From Raillietiella orientalis (lineage: Eukaryota), in contig JAYWIR010000014.1 of the NCBI GenBank assembly GCA_036172245.1, forward strand, positions 1,674,001 to 1,738,000: DNA of 64,000 nucleotides, given 5' to 3'. Shown one piece after another: positions 55,882 through 64,000 of this stretch. The position numbers were made by a program, and so were the translations under genes. Within the stretch, counting starts at the first letter, position 1, and the number at the start of each line of letters is the position of its first letter. The notes under the pieces are model-generated. The model saw only the letters and a program-made list of their open reading frames with translations. It was not told where the DNA came from and made no database searches.

Positions 55882-58800
55882 GCTGCTCGAACGATAATTT
55901 TAAAGCAAGGAAGCTTTTTTCTTTCTTTTTTTAAGAAACGGACAGAATTTTTTTATTCGTTATTGGAATGTTTCACAAATTGATTTTTGAAAGTGTACCA
56001 CCGCTGAGCTTCTGGTGGCTTCATATTTGGCACAGCATTAATGTAATTCAAGCATGCAACGTATATGTAATTTGTCTTAAAATCCATCTTTATGGAATCT
56101 CTTCATGAAGTAAATAGCACTTCCATTACTTTCTAGGGGTGTTGCACTGCAAACCTTTACGAGCTACCTTAGCTCGTAAAGGCTCGTAAAGCTAAGCTAG
56201 AGTAGCCGATAACTTCTCGATTTTCGTTGTAATGCGTGTCCCAATCAGTAACTGTCAACGTACTTTCATAACTGACTCACAAGTTAAGCTGAGAGATGTA
56301 TAACTTATTGAATTTGCTCTGTTGTGAGCTATTCCATTTGTTATCGACTTCTTTTATTTAACACTGCTCACCGCTTTGGATATCAGCAAGTCAAAGAACT
56401 ACAAACATCGTGTGGCCTGAATAAACTTTTGGTACTGACACTTACGAAAGTGTCCAACTGAAAGTCGTCCTCAGGTCAACACTTGGCAGCCGTGTGCAGC
56501 AAATCTCAAGGGTTGTTGGAATGCAGCTTGAAAGCAGTTGAACTCATCGTGTCAGATTGAATAACGCAAGTAAGAAAGTTGTTGTTGGTTTCAGAAAACT
56601 ACATCCCTGCAAAATATCAACATGGGAAATAAATTGAAAAAATTATTTCGGGGAAATCAGTGAATTATAAAATATGTGATTGCAATCGGCGTCACACTTG
56701 GTCAAAGTATTTGGGAAACCAAGCCAAGTATTCAAAGAAAAGAATTAATGCATTTTGAAATAAATTCTGGCTGCTTTTATTCCGAATGAGGTTGAAAAAT
56801 TGAGAAACCGATAGTTTAATTTCAACACTTTTGATTTGCAATAACATCTCAAATGTGCTGAAATAATTTTAATAGAAGTTTTTGTAAAAGGAAGGAACTT
56901 CACATTGTGCTCATAATGAAGAAGATTTTTCCAGAATCGAAGCTTTTATTTTTTTTAAAATGGAGCAATAAATCCCATTCTCTTATCTATGAAATAAAAC
57001 AACAAAAAAATGATTTGTTTATAGTTTGCTTTTGTACTCTAAGAATTCTAATAATGAGAAATGGAATAAGAATAACAAGCAAACAAGGACTGAAATGACT
57101 TTACTGAATAAATTCCATGAACTTTCCAAAGCACAATTAAAAACTTGTACGAAACAAGAAACTTGTTTGTAAAGCTATTTTTTAAAAGTATTAAACCTGC
57201 ATCTGAGACAATATCCACAATGTTTAATAGATTAATTTCATGTTCACATGCCCGTTGACCAAATAATGAAGAGAGTAAGATATGTTTGTTTGTCAAGAGA
57301 CTTTACGATTAAGGGATTTTTAGTCTGAATGAGATTATTGAAGTAAACAATGAAATTGATAAGACATCCACTGATTACAGAAATTATTACTGAAACCTTT
57401 GGAGAATAAAAGGAATCAAAAGAAAGAATGAGGACTCAGGGAAGACTGTTCGTAAGAGAAGTCAAAAATCACATTGAAAATAAAGCCATAATAATTGCAA
57501 GGAAAAAAAACGATTTAAAAAAAAGTAAGGACAAAAGTAGTTGAAGGCCAAGGACACTTCAAATTAATACCGCACTAACCATCAAGAAATCCATAAATTC
57601 TAATGGAATACCATGATGCTTGAGATACAAAGCAGGATGCATAGAGTGATATGGCAAATATAGATATTTAGAAATCATACTACTTTTTTATTCATCGCCT
57701 TGTTTCGTCAATGGTATTGTGGAAAGCTTCTTAGAAATATTGAGAACATCTGATATTTATAATCCAGAAGAATATATAGAATCAACTCTTTGGATAACAC
57801 AAAATGATATAGGATTTATGGATTTCTGTTTGGTTTAACTTTTCAGCATATTACGAAGTTCATAATTCCGTATTGCTTTCATGTACTTGCAAATCAAAAG
57901 TCTTTTCGAATGCTACAATTTTAAGATAAAAATTTCCATTTCGTGAATATTTCGTGACCTTTTATCATCAGTCTTCATAAAATGTTTGTGAACATTAATT
58001 GAATGTTCATTAGAAACAAGAAGGAAATTTTTGTTCTCAGAGTAAAAATGATTTGAAATAGCAGTTGGACAGCGTCTGTCTTTTATTAGATCTCTTTTAA
58101 CAAATCTGTATGGAGTGATTTTAGTGAGTATTCCTTGTGCGTGCGTGTGTTTTTTCCGTAGGCTCAACTTTCTCCTTCATTGGGGAGTTCTCACCCGCTA
58201 TTCTCTCGGAGCTAACAACACAGTAGAAAAAAAATTGGTTTAATATTCATCTCGGTATCAAAAATCAGGATCGACTTCGAAGATCCGCGAACAGATTCGA
58301 AGCTAAAGCCAGATCTAGTACTCCAGGAAGAACAGAAGGTAATCATACTGGACGTCATATACGAGTATGCACCAATTCCGTTGTAGGAGCCAAGATAGAA
58401 GTAACAGTGCAAGTATCATGGGCTGGCTCTCGAACTCATCTCCAAAGAATTACCTTCATCAGTAAGAGCGTTGGTCGTAGGATTCCTGGGCTTTTGTGGT
58501 CCGGCAAATGACGAAGTATGAAGAGAATTAAGGACACCAAAGATACAAATTCCAAAGACAATCGAACATCAAGATTTTCCTGGATGTGTTGGAATTATCA
58601 GATGGAAAAACCAATAAAAAGACCATAATAGAAGAACTTTTGAGATCACAGGATGAGTTGAAGAGAAGAGACAGCGAAGATGGAAACTCTCATCTTTATC
58701 TGTTTGTACTTCCTTCTTAATATTATTCTGTGTATCAAAATTTTGAATACATCGCAGTTGTTCTAAAGCATGCCACAATAGAGGATGCCTTCCCTCTTGT

Positions 58801-60689
58801 AATAATTGATTTTTCAAGTTCTAAAAGCCAAATGGGCGACTAGGATGTATCTACAATTGCGCTCGCGTCTGTTGATAAGAGATACACTTGGATTTAGAAT
58901 TTAGAAGAAATATCAGTAACCTTTGTCATGTACTGTTTCTAATTACCGTGATTTTTCAGTTGAAGCAATGCAATTAGCAGCTCGTGGATTCTTTGAACTT
59001 CCTGACAAGCCATATAGACCTACAGTCTTTAGTTACCTCCACCACAATTCTTGGTGTTGACAGTTTTTTAAACTGCTGATTATGAAAGCAACATAGTCAA
59101 GGTTTCAAAGTTAGGGTGCTACAGAGAATATCCAGCGCGTTCTCATTTAAGCCTTTTTATGTCTCTCATTTCAGCTCTCCTTGGTTATTGACATTTTGTT
59201 GTCCGCAATTCATAGGACGTTATAAATAGATATGGGGAATTTTCGACCACAAGCAATTCATCCTCTCCATCTTCAGATAGTTTTTGATGGAGGGAGACAT
59301 CTCCGCGTCTGTGTTGTAGTTAGAAGTCACATACTTCTTGATCTGCAGCTTTTTGAGGGGCCCTGCCTTTATCATGGAAGATAGCTTAACTGAAGCCTCT
59401 GTGAATGTTGGATGTTCGAGTACATCATTTCTTTGATATATTCTGCGACTTGCGTATGGATCTTCAATTCTTTCATCATTTCGTAGTTTTTGGGGTCCCA
59501 CATCGAGGGTTTTGACGACAACCTCTCTTATTCACCTTGGTAATCCCTTAGAGGCGAAGTAGAGGTCAATCCTTGGTACTTGTTCTCATTTCAAGAGTAT
59601 TGCCTCTTGATTTACCGCTGAGTTTTTGTAGGGGCTCTATTAAGTAAAATCGCTCACTTTATCCTAGAGCATCTTTGTCATAAGTTTAACATATAAGTAG
59701 TGCATGAGTAGCACTTCTCAAATATTTTGTTGTGGTTCTTCACTGTCTTCCTAATTCGCAACTGGTGCAGAAGTCCCTTTGAATCGTAGTGATGATCTTG
59801 GGAACAGATAAGATTTAGTCTGTTAGAAAACTGCTTGATTAGGAGATAAACATCATTGAAGAACAATCAATCGAGGTTGTTTCTTTTCAGATGGCTCTTT
59901 CCTTTGGACTTTTATTTGGATTCGTCTTTCTCATTGCCTCATCCTCGGAGTTGTCTTTTCACACCATTGGTCATTTCACCTTTTCACACGATGCGCCCCC
60001 AAAATTCACATCATGGCACTCTTAGAGTACGAGATTATGAAGGTGGCTACTGTGGTGGATAAATTTGAAAAAAGTACGTTGCAGCAAATGTGTTAGGATG
60101 CCGAAGGAAAGTTATAATTAAAATGTATTGATGATTGGTAGAGTGAACTAGTAGCGATTTCTCGGATTCGTCATAAGGTGGAACAGTTTTGATTCTCTGA
60201 AGGATATCTTTTCTTAAACATCTTGAATCACATATAAACTAATGAAGCTTAAACATAAACTGATGAAGTATGATGAAAGCATTCAGATATTTTGACAGAT
60301 ATCTGAAAAAAAAAAGAAGTCATTTTAACGTATTATTAGTATTTATTCAGGTTGAAAATGATTAAACAGAGTGCATCAAAATTCCATCGCCTAAACAAAA
60401 TTACTGGACTTTTGCTGATAGGAATTTTACATAGATTATCAATAAAAAAATATTCCTGAAACACGAACACATATGCTATCTTAATTTAGTCTAAAAAACA
60501 CCATACTCATTTGCTTCTGGTAATTCATGGCGCAAAATTTTCCTTTCTTTCAAAGTTTTGCCTACTCGCTGTTGTGGTATGCTTGCGGTGAGTGGAAATC
60601 AGAATGAATTCAGCACATTTTGAAAACAAAGCATCCGCAATACATTATATGTATCATTTGAAAAAGATGATGTAAAAGCGTGAATAAGA

Positions 60690-62209
60690 ATGAGATGTGT
60701 GATACCAGAAATCTCATGGCACAATCGTGATCCTGTCTTGAGCATAGACATTGGACCGTTTCTGTCATGTGACCCCTGCAAAAAGCATAATGATTTTGAA
60801 GCTCATAAGGTTTTTAGATTGGCCACAGCTGGAACGGATACTCATGTCCTGGTACACAATCATTTATTTGCATAATGGATATCTTACAATGTTTGCAGAA
60901 ATTGCTTTCACCTGTACTATTTTATATAAATTTTTTAGTTTTTGTTAAGAAAGAACATTTTATTCTAGGTATGGCATGTATATGTCAATGGTTCCGGAGC
61001 CGTTCAAATTGAATTTGCATCTGATTTAACTTGGCATAATAAAGCAGTAAATGTAGTGCGGTTTTCCAAAGCAGGAGATATTTTGGCATCAGGAGATGAT
61101 GGTGTGTCATTTACATTTTTTTGGCATACTATTAGAATTTTAGAAGCAGCAATCATATTATGGAGGCAACAAGAAAGTAACCCTTCCATGGACCTTTTAT
61201 GTGACTCTAATCAGACAGCAAGCAAGGAACAGTGGTCAGTATGGAAGACTTTAAAAGGCCATATTCAAGATGTATACGATCTTTGTTGGTCCAAGGATGG
61301 CAGTTTTTTATTGTCAGGTTCTATAGATAATTCTGCTGTATTATGGGATGTGAATAAAGGTAAATTGCATTTCTTTTTTCAAAGGTTCGTTTTTAAAATT
61401 ATTCTAGGTCGTACCAGTCATGTATTCTCTGATCATGGGGGCTTTGTTCAAGGAGTTTCTTTGGATCCACAAGGTTTATTTGTTGCCACCCTCTGTTCTG
61501 ATCGGTATGCATAGTCATTTTTTAATAGTACAACCATTTTGTTTTAGATTTCTACGAATTTATAGCTTAATGACTAAAAAACTGATAACAAAAACCAGCA
61601 AAGCAAGCATTCCCAGTAATCTAGGCGAGCAGCATGTGTCTAGTCATTTATTTCATGATGATACACTAAAGTCATTTTTCCGTCGGTGAGCTTTCTTCAG
61701 ATACAACAAATTCAATCTCCTGTAGCCTTTCTTTTAGTACGGATGGGGAATTGCTTGTCACCCCTTCAGGTATTATTGAACTAGACCAAGGACAATTAGC
61801 ATACACTACTTATGTATTTGCTCGTGGCAACTTGACAAAACCAGCATTGCATCTTCCTTCTGACAAGTATACTCTAGCTGTTAGATTTTGTCCAGTGCTG
61901 TTTAAGTTGCGACCCCAAACAGGTGGTCAGGTCAACCTCTTTGACTTGCCATATCGTATGGTATTCGCCTTGGCACAACAGGATTCAGTACTTCTATATG
62001 ACAGTCAACAACCTCTTCCTTTTGCTCATATTTCCAATATTCATTATGCCCGCTTGTCTGATCTTAGCTGGACAGCTGATGGTTCCTTGCTTTTAGTTTC
62101 ATCCACTGATGGTTATTGCTCTTTCATATCTTTTAAAGATGGTGAGCTGGGAGAACCTTATGTTATCTCTCCCAAGAAACACAATCCTTCTCCCACATCT
62201 TCCAAATAA
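60690..62209 (+). CDS. CHAF1B: Chromatin assembly factor 1 subunit B (p60/Cac2), WD40
   Basis: Exons 60690-60851, 60969-61101, 61144-61359, 61408-61504, 61548-61685, 61726-62209. Motifs '[20 protein letters not shown]', '[12 protein letters not shown]', '[21 protein letters not shown]', 'LPYRMVFA', '[12 protein letters not shown]', 'VSSTDGYCS'. Confidence 0.96.
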
Positions 62210-62241
62210 AATTATCTATACAATTAGGGATGGACGACTGA

Positions 62242-63831
62242 TCATTTAAACCTCTGGGTAATATTAGCCAAAGCTATGGCAAATGCTTGTACAGGACACA
62301 AAGGTGGCTCAAAATCCAGAGTGTATGTGTGCTTTTCAATACGACCAAACTGCATCACCTGCATCCCACACAGTTCCATTTGGAAATTCTTAGCTGATTC
62401 TTGAGTTACACGCCCTCCAAAATCCAACTGATACACTTGACTGGTAGGATTCCACAGTGGAGTCTTATTGTGCAACACAAATTGACGAAGTGGTTTCTTT
62501 TGATGTACTGGACTATCCTGAACTGTGCTAAGCTAAATGGAAAGTGAACTTTGATCCACAATAAGTGGCCTTACCCTCCTCCTGCATTTTTTGGTTAACA
62601 TATCTAGTGGATTGTCTTCATCAGAAGAGTCACTAGCTGTATTGGCAAACAGCAGTTTGGGTTTCCTAGGCAGCCTAGGAGACTGCAACAGAGATCTGGT
62701 CCTAATGTCGTTTGTTAAGCATAAGTATTCTAACATTGGAGTCTACCTCAGAAACAGAAGCTTCCGATGCAATAATATAGGTGTGGAAGGAACAGTATTG
62801 CTGGGCATATTTTTTGCTACCAGTTGTGGTGTGGAATGTTTGCTGCAGAATTTTGTGGTTCCAAAGGATCCTGTTCTTTGTTTGTTTATCACTGGACTAG
62901 CTTGTGATTCATGCTCTTTTACATTAACAGTGTGACAATTGGAATGATTCCATCTTTGTGGTGATCCTCTGAAACTGCCTTTGGCCCCATTCAGTGTTCG
63001 AGAGCAGATTGTTTTGCAGACTTTCTCGTTTTTTCCATTAGGGTAATGGCTCCAACTGGAAGAACGAGTGAATAGAATGAACTGACAGGAATGTTTTGTA
63101 TCAGTTTGCTCAGTCCAATTATGCTGAAAAACTACATCAGCATTTAGCTCCCCTACACTACAACTGCGTCTTCCATGAGAAATAAGCTTCTTTGTAAAAG
63201 GACTACTAGATGTGTTTGGACATTTCTCAATGTAGTTCTCTTTAGATACAATTACTGGAAAATGGGACAAGTGTGAAAGACTGGTGCCATGTTTCGAAAT
63301 ATCTGTTGTTCTATGCATCACAGAAGGCTGAGATGGTATTTCCTTAATAACATTGATAGAAGAGCTTGAATCACTGGTAGAACTTGAAGATTGCAAAATT
63401 ACGCGACTAATTGTCCGTGGGGGGGGTATTACTAAAGGAGCAATGGAAACTGTTTGTTTAAGATTCTGACCATATCCTGAAATGCATATTTTTTTATTGA
63501 TTTGGAAAGGAATCCTCACCTTCCAAAGGATCATCGTCCAAAAAAAGTTGGTGTCGTACTTCTAAAGAACTATTGTTCCAGAACATTGGAGAGCCACAAG
63601 GTGGTAACTTGGTGTTAGTACCATTGCTGAGATCTGTCACCATTAGAGTCATTTGCCGTGGTTGAAGATGCAATAAGGAGGTTTTATACACAATCTGTTA
63701 ACAATGTATAACACACAAAAGCAAAAGTTTTCACTTACTTGACCCAAGTTGGAGGGTAAAATGGGTGATAATCCCAAAATGCGAAATTTAGTTCCCCAGA
63801 TGTTAGATGCCACCAATACTAAGGGATTTTC
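62242..63831 (-). CDS. TULP4: Tubby-related protein 4 (TULP4/Tusp), 3' portion; gene continues beyond window
   Basis: Exons 63831-63739, 63694-63520, 63476-62747, 62701-62575, 62532-62242. Motifs 'SNIWGTKF', 'YKTSLLHLQPRQMT' and the C-terminal tubby-like 'HNKTPLWN..SQVYQLDFGGRVTQESAKNFQ...QFGRI...AFAIALANITQRFK*'. Confidence 0.93.
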
Positions 63832-64000
63832 CTATAAATTCATAAAAATAGTTTGCCTTGATGTGAATTATTTTTCAAATTAAATCACATTGAATATCAC
63901 GTTACACTAAACAAATGGCCTAATTGTGTGAATTATGAGAAAACAAACTGAAGAAAAGTTATTGCAAAGAAGAGAAAAATAATATCCTACAAAGTTCCCT

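Noticed and set aside
60526..60540. E2F-like site upstream of CHAF1B (TGGCGCAAAA)
   Set aside because: Imperfect match to a short consensus; cannot be supported from sequence alone.

Overview
Eukaryotic (metazoan, probably arthropod) genomic DNA; no CRISPR, operon or rRNA features. Five intron-split protein-coding genes sit in three compact islands: URB1/NPA1 (+, <1-7255), a tail-to-tail pair of akirin (+, 39446-40115) and an ankyrin-repeat/SOCS-box gene (-, 40304-43557), and a second tail-to-tail pair of CHAF1B (+, 60690-62209) and TULP4 (-, 62242->63831). Most introns are only 37-53 nt and 3' UTRs appear minimal. The gene-free blocks (about 7.3-39 kb and 44-60.5 kb) contain heavily decayed non-LTR retrotransposon relics recognised by eye from degenerate motifs; in the 8-30 kb block nearly all lie on the minus strand. 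A GC-rich nest at 48-54 kb holds Tx1/L1-like fragments plus two diverged, oppositely oriented copies of a roughly 0.7 kb unit with a tRNA-like head and an internal array of about 40 bp period. Gene calls are solid; transposon calls and boundaries are approximate and need HMM or alignment confirmation.
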